Notes: generated from the sequence alone by a model not told the origin. Shown: positions 49,295 to 58,893, counted from the stretch's first letter. The stretch: DNA of 64,000 nt from a bacterium (GCA_963675755.2 CAXXMD010000002.1:1920001-1984000), one strand, 5' to 3'. Numbers and translations are program-made.

Positions 49295-50377
49295 TTAGTA
49301 TTTCTGCTTTGATAAAAATGTTTGTTTTGCTATCCAAGTCAAACCATCAGCAGGTCCATACCCCCCACTGAAAACGGCTGTTGAAAGCCGAACGGGCAAT
49401 GTATTACCTAACAACTGATTAGGTAAAAATGTCTTACCTATGGCCTTACGTATTGTTTGTGCAGCTTGTTGATGACATACATTCCTGGAGATATATTCCC
49501 ACCATCCTCGTTTTGAAGGTACAAAACCTCCCTTTGGAGCAGCCATAGCTGCATGGATTCCCCCATGGCGGGCTATACCGCTAAGTTTTTTATCATAATA
49601 TATATTATAAGAACCACTATGTAATGGTTCTTGGTCAGCAAGTGTTATTGCATCACGACCTATTTGTCCATCAGCCCAAGCCCAACCATTCGTTTCATCT
49701 TCTATAAATTTATCTATTTCGTCTTCTGACATAGTAGTCTTTGAAACTTGAAGTTTTGGATCAGTTGGCATAATTTTGTTAAACACAGCTCCCTCTAAAA
49801 ATGTGGGTCCTAAAAAGTTTAACGTTTTATCCAAATCTCTTCCAATATTGTTAGCGACAAAATTACTCACGCCAGTTTCATTATATGCAGTATTCCACAC
49901 TGCCTTTCCTGCAACCTCTGCTCCAAGTTTTTGCATGGCAGCTTCTACACCACCAGCAGATACTAATCCCATTGCTCCAAATGCAGCCCCAATGAAAAAA
50001 TCTGTTTCAAAATTTGATTGCCCATTTGAAAAAATCTTATTCATAACAGCATTTGAAAAACCACCAAATAAAATTGGCGCAAGAAAAGCAAACTCCCCAT
50101 CAGGATCCACTATACTTAACGGGTTATTGCCGCAATATACATATGGGCTAAATCCCTGTCCGGCGGGGTCGGGCGTAAACCAACGACCAATGCCAGGATT
50201 GTAGTATCTTGCTCCAAAATAATAAAGCCCGATATCCGAATCAAGCTCTTTTTGCGAGAACTGGTAATTGTTATCATTGTTACCCGAAGCCACCAGGGTT
50301 TCTCCAAAGGGGGTGTAATCGCGCGTCATATCAGTATTGCTCAGCCGTCGCGTACTACCAACCTGATCTTGATACAC
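49295..50377 (-). CDS. Orphan Rhs core plus C-terminal toxin tip
   Basis: DQVGSTR...DYTPFG...FSQKELDSDIGLYYFGARYYNPGIGRWFTPDP...YVYCGNNPLSIVDPDG, followed by an unrelated tip; no upstream YD-repeat body. Confidence 0.9.
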   Translation of the reverse strand: MYQDQVGSTRRLSNTDMTRDYTPFGETLVASGNNDNNYQFSQKELDSDIGLYYFGARYYNPGIGRWFTPDPAGQGFSPYVYCGNNPLSIVDPDGEFAFLAPILFGGFSNAVMNKIFSNGQSNFETDFFIGAAFGAMGLVSAGGVEAAMQKLGAEVAGKAVWNTAYNETGVSNFVANNIGRDLDKTLNFLGPTFLEGAVFNKIMPTDPKLQVSKTTMSEDEIDKFIEDETNGWAWADGQIGRDAITLADQEPLHSGSYNIYYDKKLSGIARHGGIHAAMAAPKGGFVPSKRGWWEYISRNVCHQQAAQTIRKAIGKTFLPNQLLGNTLPVRLSTAVFSGGYGPADGLTWIAKQTFLSKQKY

Positions 50378-50414
50378 AAAACGGTAGCCTTCGGTTAGAT
50401 AAAGCTCGGGATAA

Positions 50415-51160
50415 GCGGATTCACACTCAGGGACCTAAATTTTCCAAATCAAGTTAATCAGGTTCATCCTTTAATCAGGGTTGTCTCCTCATGCCCAGGC
50501 TCTGTCTGGGTGCGAATTGCTTGCTATAGGGTTCCAGGGCCGTGTCTTGGTACCAGGATGGGACATTTCTCACCAGCCCTTTGATACACTCGTCCAAAAA
50601 TGCGGACTCGCACTCAGGGACCTGGATTTTTGATCGCCGGGTACATTTGTGCCCGGCGGTATTATTGTGCAGGACTTGAGTCCTGCATAAATGACATCGT
50701 AGTTATCTTAAACTCAGTTTGCATGTTCCCAAACTCCCCAGGAGTACAGTCCGTTTATGGACTGTGTGCGGATCGCAGATCCGCTTAATGACATAGAATC
50801 TATTAGAATCTCAGTTTTAACCAGGCGGAACATTTCTCACCAGCCCTTTAATACACTCGCCCGCAAAAGCGGACTCGCACTCAGGGACGTGGATTTTTGA
50901 TCGCCGGGTACATTTGTGCCCGGCGGAATTATAATGCAGGACTTGAGTCCTGCATAAATGACATCGTAGTTATCTTAAACTCAGTTATGGGTTCCAAGGC
51001 CGAGCCTTGGTAACAGGGTGGAAAGAATTTCCTTGATCGCCGGGTACATTTGTGCCCGGCGGTATTATTGAGCAGGACTTGAGTCCTGCATAAATGACAT
51101 CGTAGTTATTTTAAGCTCAGTTATAGGGTTCCAAGGTCGAGCCTTGGAACCAGGGTGGTA
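50415..51160. repeat. REP mosaic with two ~160-bp direct repeats plus a partial third copy
   Basis: ACATTTCTCACCAGCCCTTT.ATACACTCG...CTCAGGGAC...GATCGCCGGGTACATTTGTGCCCGGCGG...GCAGGACTTGAGTCCTGCATAAATGACATCGTAGTTAT at ~50563 and ~50830; partial copy at ~51034. Confidence 0.9.
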
Positions 51161-51200
51161 TCAGGGTGAAAATCTCGCGACTGACACCTTACCAGATGAA

Positions 51201-51905
51201 TCAAACAAACTGTACCTGCTTGACCTTTTTAAAACAGATATCCTGCAATTTCAGTTTTTCCACAGCTTTTTTAAAATTTTCTGTTACAATGATTATTTCA
51301 GGTAATTCCTTGATACGAAAGATCTCTTCATCCAGTTGTTCGGGTACTATACTGATCTTGAGGTGATCAGGCTTGGTGATTGAATTTTTACCGCATCGTT
51401 TGCAGGTTTTAACATTGCTATCCATTAATGCAGCTTTGGCATGGATCTGAAATTCATAATATTTGAAATCACTTTGATCGCTCATTCGAATTTGTGTTGG
51501 CGCAATAGCAGGCAAATTTATATTTTGCTCCTTTAATTGCTGGTAGGCTTTGAAACTGATGAGCGGAGTCCAAGGATTTGGCCATGCAAAATCATAACCA
51601 TTCCAATGAGCAATTCCTCTCAATGGACCAAATCTAGTTCCCGGCAGAACAAACAAATCGTTAAAGATTTTATCCGTAGCCGGCTTCATTTCATGATGCA
51701 CAGCCCATTGATAAGGTTTTGGTCTTGAATAATAGTCTTTATACTGCATGCAGGATTCATTAATATTTACTTTAGGATATTGTAAGCCAATAGCCAGCCA
51801 GCTACTGTTACATACATTGCAGATTATACCCGGTACACAGTATTGATGTATTGCACGTATCAAATAATTGGTCGCATTGTCATATGTCATTTCAAAATAG
51901 TTCAT
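51201..51905 (-). CDS. Double-CXXCG motif protein (SitI6-like immunity family), orphan
   Basis: IHQYCVPGIICNVC...YPKV, LPGTRFGPLRG, CKRCG, IFRI...IIVTENF resemble the myxobacterial double-CXXCG family as I recall it. Start taken at ATG 51905. Confidence 0.75.
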   Translation of the reverse strand: MNYFEMTYDNATNYLIRAIHQYCVPGIICNVCNSSWLAIGLQYPKVNINESCMQYKDYYSRPKPYQWAVHHEMKPATDKIFNDLFVLPGTRFGPLRGIAHWNGYDFAWPNPWTPLISFKAYQQLKEQNINLPAIAPTQIRMSDQSDFKYYEFQIHAKAALMDSNVKTCKRCGKNSITKPDHLKISIVPEQLDEEIFRIKELPEIIIVTENFKKAVEKLKLQDICFKKVKQVQFV

Positions 51906-52092
51906 ATTCTGGTATCCCAATAGTAAATACTTTTTTCCTCATGCCCAGACTCTACCTGGATACGAATAGCTTGTTTGGATTCCAGGGCCTAGCCTTGAAC
52001 CAGGTTGAATTCTTACAGCTACAAGCTTTACTTGCCTCACCTGATTACTGATTACTACAGCTTTTCACGTTAATCGTCTTTCGTCTGCTATC

Positions 52093-54396
52093 TCACTTGA
52101 GCAGCAGCATCTTTTTTGTTTCGATACGTTCACCATTCACAATAAAAGTATAAAAATAAAGTCCGCTTGCAAACTCATTGGCTTGCCAGGAATACTCGTA
52201 CCAACCGGCACTCAAAATTTCATCGGCAATTACGGTTACCTGTTGACCTGAAGCGTTAAAAATTACTACCGATGCCCGGCCCTGATCCGGCAAATAAAAC
52301 CGGATATTTGTTTCAGGATTAAAGGGATTGGGATAATTTTGCTCCAAAATATACTGCGAGGGAATTTTATCTTCATTTTTAATATCTGTAGATGTACCCT
52401 GATTTGCAGCAGCAAAGGTCGGTTCCATTTGTACAAAAGCCCCGGTCCCGTCAGGAAAACGTCCGGTAGTGCGATCATCTGTCTGTTCAGAAAAAGTCAC
52501 CTGATCAACAATACTCGTATCGGAATTGGACAGATATATGGCCTCACCAGATGCGGATAGCTTGAAATTCGCATGTAATCCGGTTTGATCATCATCTTTA
52601 TCCGCCCAGATAATCAAATAATTATGAGCGGCAATAACAGTATCCGGAAAGGACCATTGCGTCAAATCATTGTTATCATCAGTGAGGAAATAACCGCCTA
52701 GTTGAATTGTTTCATCAGTATTATTATAGAGCTCTATCCAGTCGTCAAATTCTCCATTAGCATCTGTTACTGTGGATTCATTACTGGCCATAAACTCGTT
52801 TATTACAACATCACCTTGTACATTAATTTCAAACAATTCATATTGCGCACGTGCAGGTAAAAAACTGGCAGCGTTCTCATTTTCAGCATATATATAATAT
52901 TGAAATCCTGTTGCTCCTGCATTGACCGCAATACCATATATACCGTCCCCTGCATCTCCATCATCATGATTACCATCATCATACATCCGGGCTTGAACAA
53001 ATGCATCAGTAGCTCCATAGCGATAAACCATTTGGACCACATCAGCATTATCCACCCCGGCCGTAATTGTAACAGCAGAATGTGCTGACACCTGCGAAGG
53101 ATTAACAGATATATCATGAACAACGGGTGGATCTGCCAGGAATTCAGGTTGAGCATTCAGGAAATCGAGTCGTGCTTGCATCAATTCGGTAATTCCAATG
53201 ATTGGCTGGTTACCGGGCCCCGGAGGGCCACCACCCCCTATACTGTTATCAATATTGTTTTTAAAATCTGTATAGGTGTAAAACTTGTTGGGATCATTCA
53301 TTACTTCCGTATCAATAATACTTTGCAATTCCTGCGCACGGGTTTTGTACCAACCATTACTGAAAACATCATCCATGATTGTTTTCATGTGTGCAATATA
53401 TATTTTTTGATATGCCGGCTCTGAAAGTATTTTAGAAATAATGGGATAATTGTCATTTTCAACATTCAAAAACGGGTCCAGTTGTTGTATTCCGGTAATA
53501 CTGGAGACATTACTACCAAAAAGATTGGTAAATACTCCAAAGTTTTCATTCAGGTCCCAAATAACAGGATTAAATAACCCTGCATCATCTTTATATAAAT
53601 AATAATTATGTCCAAAATTAACTGGCGAGTCCAGATTTACCATTAGAATGTCAAACGCCAACATCCACAAATGTCTGTCTATATTTAAATAATTTTCAAT
53701 ATCATTTGTATTATTGTTCAGCACATCCAGAAAATCAATCAAATCTTTCCATCCATAATCAGACTCGATTTCAAAAAAAGGCGTATAACTGGATGAATCA
53801 GCACCCCAATAGCCCCATACAACAGTTTCCTGCTGCATATTGTTATTTGTCAATTCTCCTTTAAAATATGCATTATCATCACTGTAAAAATGGGTCCTCA
53901 TAAAATGTTTGTCAACATCCTGAACATTGGTATATAAACCCAGGTAGGTCCCATTAATCCAAACCTTGCAATAATTTGCCTGACTTGCCGGCATATATTT
54001 ACGGGCAATCTCATAACTCAATGTTTCCCGCACAAAACTGGGATCTTTGTAAACGTTTGCCAGCTTGAGAGTTCCATAACCCTGGTGTTCCTGATCATCT
54101 ATCAAATAATCCAGTTTTATGTTCAATGGATTTTTGATCAGGCTGGAATTATAACTGCTGTTTCCTTTATAACGTACTCCCACACTGTCATATTGTATAC
54201 CATTTACAATTGCTGTACCCAGCAACCGATCCTCATTGCCTTCTGCATAGAGATTGTCAAGCAGTTCATCCCAGTTTGATTCCGCAAAAGTCAACTCGAT
54301 GGTATTGATGGTATCTATATCGTAAAAATCCTGACAAAAGATTTTGGTCGCAACAACAAGCAGGAAAATCATTCCCCAAAGTGGTTTTGTTTTCAT
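52093..54396 (-). CDS. CotH-family kinase with lamin-tail domain and C-terminal sorting domain
   Basis: GVRYKGNSS, DPSFVRE, HNYYLY, IWDLNE; MYDDG.HDDG.AGDG motif; VINEFMASN...DWIELYN; NYPNPFNP. Start at ATG 54396 (MKTKPLWG). Confidence 0.92.
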   Translation of the reverse strand: MKTKPLWGMIFLLVVATKIFCQDFYDIDTINTIELTFAESNWDELLDNLYAEGNEDRLLGTAIVNGIQYDSVGVRYKGNSSYNSSLIKNPLNIKLDYLIDDQEHQGYGTLKLANVYKDPSFVRETLSYEIARKYMPASQANYCKVWINGTYLGLYTNVQDVDKHFMRTHFYSDDNAYFKGELTNNNMQQETVVWGYWGADSSSYTPFFEIESDYGWKDLIDFLDVLNNNTNDIENYLNIDRHLWMLAFDILMVNLDSPVNFGHNYYLYKDDAGLFNPVIWDLNENFGVFTNLFGSNVSSITGIQQLDPFLNVENDNYPIISKILSEPAYQKIYIAHMKTIMDDVFSNGWYKTRAQELQSIIDTEVMNDPNKFYTYTDFKNNIDNSIGGGGPPGPGNQPIIGITELMQARLDFLNAQPEFLADPPVVHDISVNPSQVSAHSAVTITAGVDNADVVQMVYRYGATDAFVQARMYDDGNHDDGDAGDGIYGIAVNAGATGFQYYIYAENENAASFLPARAQYELFEINVQGDVVINEFMASNESTVTDANGEFDDWIELYNNTDETIQLGGYFLTDDNNDLTQWSFPDTVIAAHNYLIIWADKDDDQTGLHANFKLSASGEAIYLSNSDTSIVDQVTFSEQTDDRTTGRFPDGTGAFVQMEPTFAAANQGTSTDIKNEDKIPSQYILEQNYPNPFNPETNIRFYLPDQGRASVVIFNASGQQVTVIADEILSAGWYEYSWQANEFASGLYFYTFIVNGERIETKKMLLLK

Positions 54397-54422
54397 ATTA
54401 AAATCCTGATTCGTGATTAAGA

Positions 54423-56261
54423 TTATTTCAACAAGATCATACGTTTTGTTTCCGCAAAAGCCCCACTGGTCAACGTATAAAAATAGGTCCCACTGGATAA
54501 ATCTGATGCCTGCCACTGAATATCATGCCAGCCCCCGGGCATTTCATCGTTTATCAAAGATGCTACCTGTCTTCCATTGGTATTAAAAATAACCAGTTTT
54601 ACCCGCTCCTGACAGGGCAGGTAAAACCGGATTGTTGTTTGAGGATTAAAAGGATTGGGATAATTCTGCGCCAACTGGTATTCCGTTGGCATCGCAATCT
54701 GAACTGTAATCTCGTCCGTAAATGTATAGCTTCCATCAAGATCGATCTGCTTTAATCGATACTGATAAGCAGATAACTGTGTATCTGAATTCACCAATAC
54801 ATCCGTATATTCATATTGGACATGTTCAGAGATGGTATTTCCCCCGGAAACAAAATCCAACACTTCCCACCAGTCACCATTTTTTCTTTCAATCTCAAAG
54901 CCATAATTACGGCTTTCGCTATAGGTGTCCCAGGCCAGTTGAACTGTATTATCATCTGGGAGATAGGTCCCTTCCAGTGTTCCAAACTCTACGGGGGTGG
55001 TGGTATTGAGGTCTGCGTCTCTAACCAGTCGGACATAATTGTAGATACGTATCACATCACCCTGCGGACCATTACCATAGGGGTAATCATCCGGATCACC
55101 AATTTTAGGATCACTGCGCTGAGCACCTGCTCCATGTACATCCTGGAGTATATAATTTCCTGAAAAATCCTGCATCCAGCCCAACGCTTCACCAAAACAG
55201 ACATAAACTCCTCTATCCGGATAGGGGCCATCACAATGCGTTGTAGATGCCCAATAAAAAGGATAATTGGCACCGCCGCCTTCATCTACAATGACCGGTA
55301 CATTAAACAGCGGCGAGATTGCAGCCGAGTTGGTATATGACAAACTGCGTTCATAATCTACAATGCTTTGTAATTCTTTGGCGTTTGGCAGACGCCAGTC
55401 ATTGTGCCCCAGGTAATTTTCACTGTTTTTCTTTTGGGTCCAGGCAAACGCCTCTTTCCACCCCATGCCCTCGCTGCTGCCGGCCTGATCCCACATTAAA
55501 CCTGTTGCAAGATCGGTTATGGTACCATCATTGTTATCTGAAAAATCGTTGGTACCATAATCCGATCTGCCCCTTACCACCTTGACCTCAAAATCCTTGT
55601 TCACAGGATACCCCTTTATCCTTCCGTCAACAAAATTAACGCCGAACATGGTCACGTTTCCACCCATAGTGGTACCTTTATAAATAGTCGAGGTTGCATA
55701 CTGTGCATCAATAATCCGTTCATCCGAAATCACCGTACCGCCAAAACGGAAGTCAAAAGCATCGGTGTCAATATAGGGAATACACTGATCTTCAGTCATC
55801 ATGGTTTTACCGCTAAACAGAATCAGTGAATACAGTTCCTGTATAGTAGGTAATCTCCAATCCGTATAACCTGCAAGTGTACAGGTATCGGCATAGGTCT
55901 GACAAACACTCTGGGAGTATTTGCCTTCCGGCAGACCTTTTTGCCACATCAAACCGGTTACATTGTCTGTAACAGTTCCATCGCCATTGTCAGTATAAGA
56001 GGGTTGATTCCCATTATATTGTGCATCCTGACCATAAAAATCACTCCCGGAGGAGGGTGCGGATATAGCAGCCGAGTTGTTATAGCATACTGTCTGGCCG
56101 GTATCTACAATGGGATAGGTGATTGTGCTTTGGGTTGATGGGGATTTTGCAACCGCTGAATGTGTAGTGATCACATCCGGGTAAACCCGGGCAAATACAT
56201 TCACCGCATTGCTCAACAGCAGGAAGGTTAAAACTGTGATGTAAGTGATGTTCCGCTTCAT
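54423..56261 (-). CDS. DUF1566 (Lcl C-terminal) tandem-domain protein with C-terminal sorting domain
   Basis: Two copies of DNxDGTxTDxxTGLMW...DWRLPxxxELxS; signal peptide; NYPNPFNP. Confidence 0.9.
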   Translation of the reverse strand: MKRNITYITVLTFLLLSNAVNVFARVYPDVITTHSAVAKSPSTQSTITYPIVDTGQTVCYNNSAAISAPSSGSDFYGQDAQYNGNQPSYTDNGDGTVTDNVTGLMWQKGLPEGKYSQSVCQTYADTCTLAGYTDWRLPTIQELYSLILFSGKTMMTEDQCIPYIDTDAFDFRFGGTVISDERIIDAQYATSTIYKGTTMGGNVTMFGVNFVDGRIKGYPVNKDFEVKVVRGRSDYGTNDFSDNNDGTITDLATGLMWDQAGSSEGMGWKEAFAWTQKKNSENYLGHNDWRLPNAKELQSIVDYERSLSYTNSAAISPLFNVPVIVDEGGGANYPFYWASTTHCDGPYPDRGVYVCFGEALGWMQDFSGNYILQDVHGAGAQRSDPKIGDPDDYPYGNGPQGDVIRIYNYVRLVRDADLNTTTPVEFGTLEGTYLPDDNTVQLAWDTYSESRNYGFEIERKNGDWWEVLDFVSGGNTISEHVQYEYTDVLVNSDTQLSAYQYRLKQIDLDGSYTFTDEITVQIAMPTEYQLAQNYPNPFNPQTTIRFYLPCQERVKLVIFNTNGRQVASLINDEMPGGWHDIQWQASDLSSGTYFYTLTSGAFAETKRMILLK

Positions 56262-56317
56262 GATGTTCTCCTTACATGATGTGATGTTTTCATGATGTTC
56301 TCTCGTTCTATTAATTC

Positions 56318-56344
56318 TGACGCTGCTTTTGAGAAAACCTTGCG
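56318..56344 (-). promoter_or_regulatory. ECF sigma-type promoter, copy upstream of DUF1566/cotH
   Basis: CGCAAGGTT-N13-CGTCA. Confidence 0.75.
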
Positions 56345-56580
56345 GTTGGTTGTAAAAAAAAAACCATGATTATCATGATTTGACCTTGATTACCATGATT
56401 GACCTTAATTACAATGATTGACCTTAATTACAATGATTAAAGGATTGGAGGATGAAAACTGGAATGTTAAATTAAAAATCCCTTTTATACAATAGGTAGG
56501 GACCGGTCTGAGACCGGTTCCTTCATGATAAAAAATCTCTGGACTGAATGATTAAAGGATATTTCTCCTTCCCAAATTCC

Positions 56581-56847
56581 CAGACTGTGTGAAACCCAAA
56601 AAAAAATGTGTTTTTGGAGTGCGGCGCCTTTATGCGCCGCGTCGGGCCGAAGGTCCGAAATAGATATGACTTCATTGTCCAATATTTTAAACCATTGTAA
56701 TAAGATTAGTTCAATATTATTATAAGAATATAATTATATTATGGCCGTCTACGACGGCCCGCATTACATAAAGGTAATGCACTCCACACTATTTTGACTT
56801 ATCTCAAGCTCAACATTTTTTTAATTAATTCATTTTAACAGAGTCTG
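56581..56847. mobile_element. MITE-like element inserted in a REP hairpin loop
   Basis: Imperfect TIRs CAGACTGTGTGAAA and CAGACTCTGTTAAA; TCC duplication (56578-56580, 56848-56850); the flanks rejoin into TCTCCTTCCCAAATTCCGATTTGGGAAGGAGA. Confidence 0.7.
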
Positions 56848-57040
56848 TCCGATTTGGGAAGGAGATTACATGCTTTTTTTAACATTCACCAAGGGGAATT
56901 GAAAATATTTCAAAATTTCTAGCACCCATCTTCATGCAGGTTACAGAATAAAAAAATCCTCCCAAAGGATAAGCCTTCAAGGAGGATGAATATATATACA
57001 AACAGCTTTTAACGTTTGCCTATTGCCGTTTTACGTCTCG

Positions 57041-58690
57041 CTATTTTATCAATACCATCTTTTGTGTTTTTACCGGCTCACCACCAACATAGAGTGTATA
57101 GAAATAAATGCCGCTGGCAAAGGACCCTGCCTGCCATGTGAAGGAATGTAATCCTGCATTCAATTCCTGATTAACCAGCGTTGCCACCTGCTGTCCTTTT
57201 GCATTATAGATCACCAGAGATGCCAGGTCCTGCACAGGCAGATAAAAATCTATATTTGTGACCGGATTAAAAGGATTGGGATAATTTGCATCCAATTCAA
57301 TAGCAGTCGGTATCTGTTCATGCGTGTTGATACCTGTAAACAATCCGCTTTCAAAATCAGAGTCATAATATCGAACTGCTCTGAACACCGAATTGCTTTC
57401 CAGATCCATTGGATTTGAAGACTCGATGGGATTCACATACTCCCATACCGTCTCTCCCGCTTCGGTCACCTCAAAAAAGGTTCCGGCAGGACCATTACAG
57501 ATTAGTGTGTTTCCGTTAGGCAATCTCTGTGCACCCGAGATGTGATCAGCGTAAAATGACCGGGGTGGAGTGGCTTTATAGGTCCAGGTTGAGGTTTCAG
57601 GTCCATACGCCGCATCATTTTCGTGCGCATAGCTGCCGTTAACATAATCCGGCAGTGTTATCTGTTCAACTGTTGAATAATAGCCGTCCTGACGGCCACG
57701 GCCGTTATTAAATATCAAAACATCACCGGCACCGGGCAAGCCATCGGCAATCCAGTGACCATCGTGCGGTACAAACAGCTTTTGATCATCATCCGTACCA
57801 TGATCATAGGTTTGCGGGTTACCCCAGCGGTATAACAGATCGCCCTTACTTCCTGCGGCTTCTTCTGTTGTAGTATTATGGTCTATAATCCAGATTTCAC
57901 TAAAATTGTGCACAGTAATCATAACCTGATCACGCTCCGCGTTATACTCTACCGCATTGGTGTGGGTCCAATCTGCTGCAGCCGTATCATCAATTCTTCG
58001 CAGGTAAAAATTGAGATTAATCTTTTCAGGATGCTCTGAAATTACACCATAATTGGGTTTTGTTTCATCATAATCCTGAACCAAATGGTCCCAAACATGC
58101 CATTCCCACACAATATTACCACCTTCGGGGTATACTGGCTCAACTTCTATGATCTTGTCCGGCCAGAGTCCTTCATCCCCAAGTGTTTCAGGATCTCTAC
58201 CCTGCGCTAATGCTTCCTCAACGGATTTCTGTTCCCAGGAAATCATGAGTATATTGCCATTTGGCAAATATTCCACATCGTGATGCAGAAGGTAATTTTC
58301 ACTATTGTGTTCAAAAGACCAGAGCAGGTTCGCCTCCCAGTCTAAAAGCTGAACAATTCCACCGCTGCCACCGGTACCGCCAAATACCGGATTCACCTGT
58401 TTTCCAACTGTACATGTACGTAACAAGGATTTATCAGAAAGCAGATACACAGAATGCCCGGGAGTATAATCACCCGGCCAGGTTTTGACAAAATTCTCAT
58501 CTGCATCCATGAGATAGGTCGTTGTAGAGCCAAGAGGTGCAAACAGTGTATATCCACCGGATTCGTAACCATTTACAGTTAAATTCTGAACCTGGGGATT
58601 GGCATAACTCTCCCCATAGACACCCAAAATCATTAAAAGAATAAAATAAAGCATATTACCAATTTTAAAACTTTTAGTACCTGACAACAT
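57041..58690 (-). CDS. Aryl-sulfate sulfotransferase (ASST) family protein with C-terminal sorting domain
   Basis: HHDVEYLPNGN, DWTHTNAV, LLYRWGNP, PHDGH, SGAQRLPNGNTLI; NYPNPFNP. Confidence 0.9.
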   Translation of the reverse strand: MLSGTKSFKIGNMLYFILLMILGVYGESYANPQVQNLTVNGYESGGYTLFAPLGSTTTYLMDADENFVKTWPGDYTPGHSVYLLSDKSLLRTCTVGKQVNPVFGGTGGSGGIVQLLDWEANLLWSFEHNSENYLLHHDVEYLPNGNILMISWEQKSVEEALAQGRDPETLGDEGLWPDKIIEVEPVYPEGGNIVWEWHVWDHLVQDYDETKPNYGVISEHPEKINLNFYLRRIDDTAAADWTHTNAVEYNAERDQVMITVHNFSEIWIIDHNTTTEEAAGSKGDLLYRWGNPQTYDHGTDDDQKLFVPHDGHWIADGLPGAGDVLIFNNGRGRQDGYYSTVEQITLPDYVNGSYAHENDAAYGPETSTWTYKATPPRSFYADHISGAQRLPNGNTLICNGPAGTFFEVTEAGETVWEYVNPIESSNPMDLESNSVFRAVRYYDSDFESGLFTGINTHEQIPTAIELDANYPNPFNPVTNIDFYLPVQDLASLVIYNAKGQQVATLVNQELNAGLHSFTWQAGSFASGIYFYTLYVGGEPVKTQKMVLIK

Positions 58691-58736
58691 GAGTTACTCC
58701 TTTACTGCATTTACCGAATATCTCTTTAATAATTTT

Positions 58737-58763
58737 TGACGATAAAAGTAACACAACCCTGCG
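58737..58763 (-). promoter_or_regulatory. ECF sigma-type promoter, copy upstream of the ASST gene
   Basis: CGCAGGGTT-N13-CGTCA. Confidence 0.72.
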
Positions 58764-58855
58764 GGGAGGATTTTAAATTCAGGGTTATTTTAAATAAGAC
58801 AAGAATCGGGCCAGAGTAAGAGGAAGGTAAAAAAATTCTGGAATGATAAAATTCA

Positions 58856-58893
58856 AAAAAAAAAAGCCAATAACATTAAAGTTATTAGCTTTT
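58856..58893 (-). terminator. Intrinsic terminator after the Spy-like gene
   Basis: Minus strand AAAAGCTAATAAC-TTTAAT-GTTATTGGCTTTT followed by a long T-run. Confidence 0.6.

Noticed and set aside
42400-52050. Integron cassette array with attC sites
   Set aside because: No integrase, and I could not find RYYYAAC...GTTRRRY-bounded attC structures. The flanking palindromes match the REP families found elsewhere in the window.
54397-54516. N-terminal extension of the CotH ORF in the ORF track
   Set aside because: It overlaps the DUF1566 gene. The signal peptide begins at ATG 54396 after an AGGA RBS.
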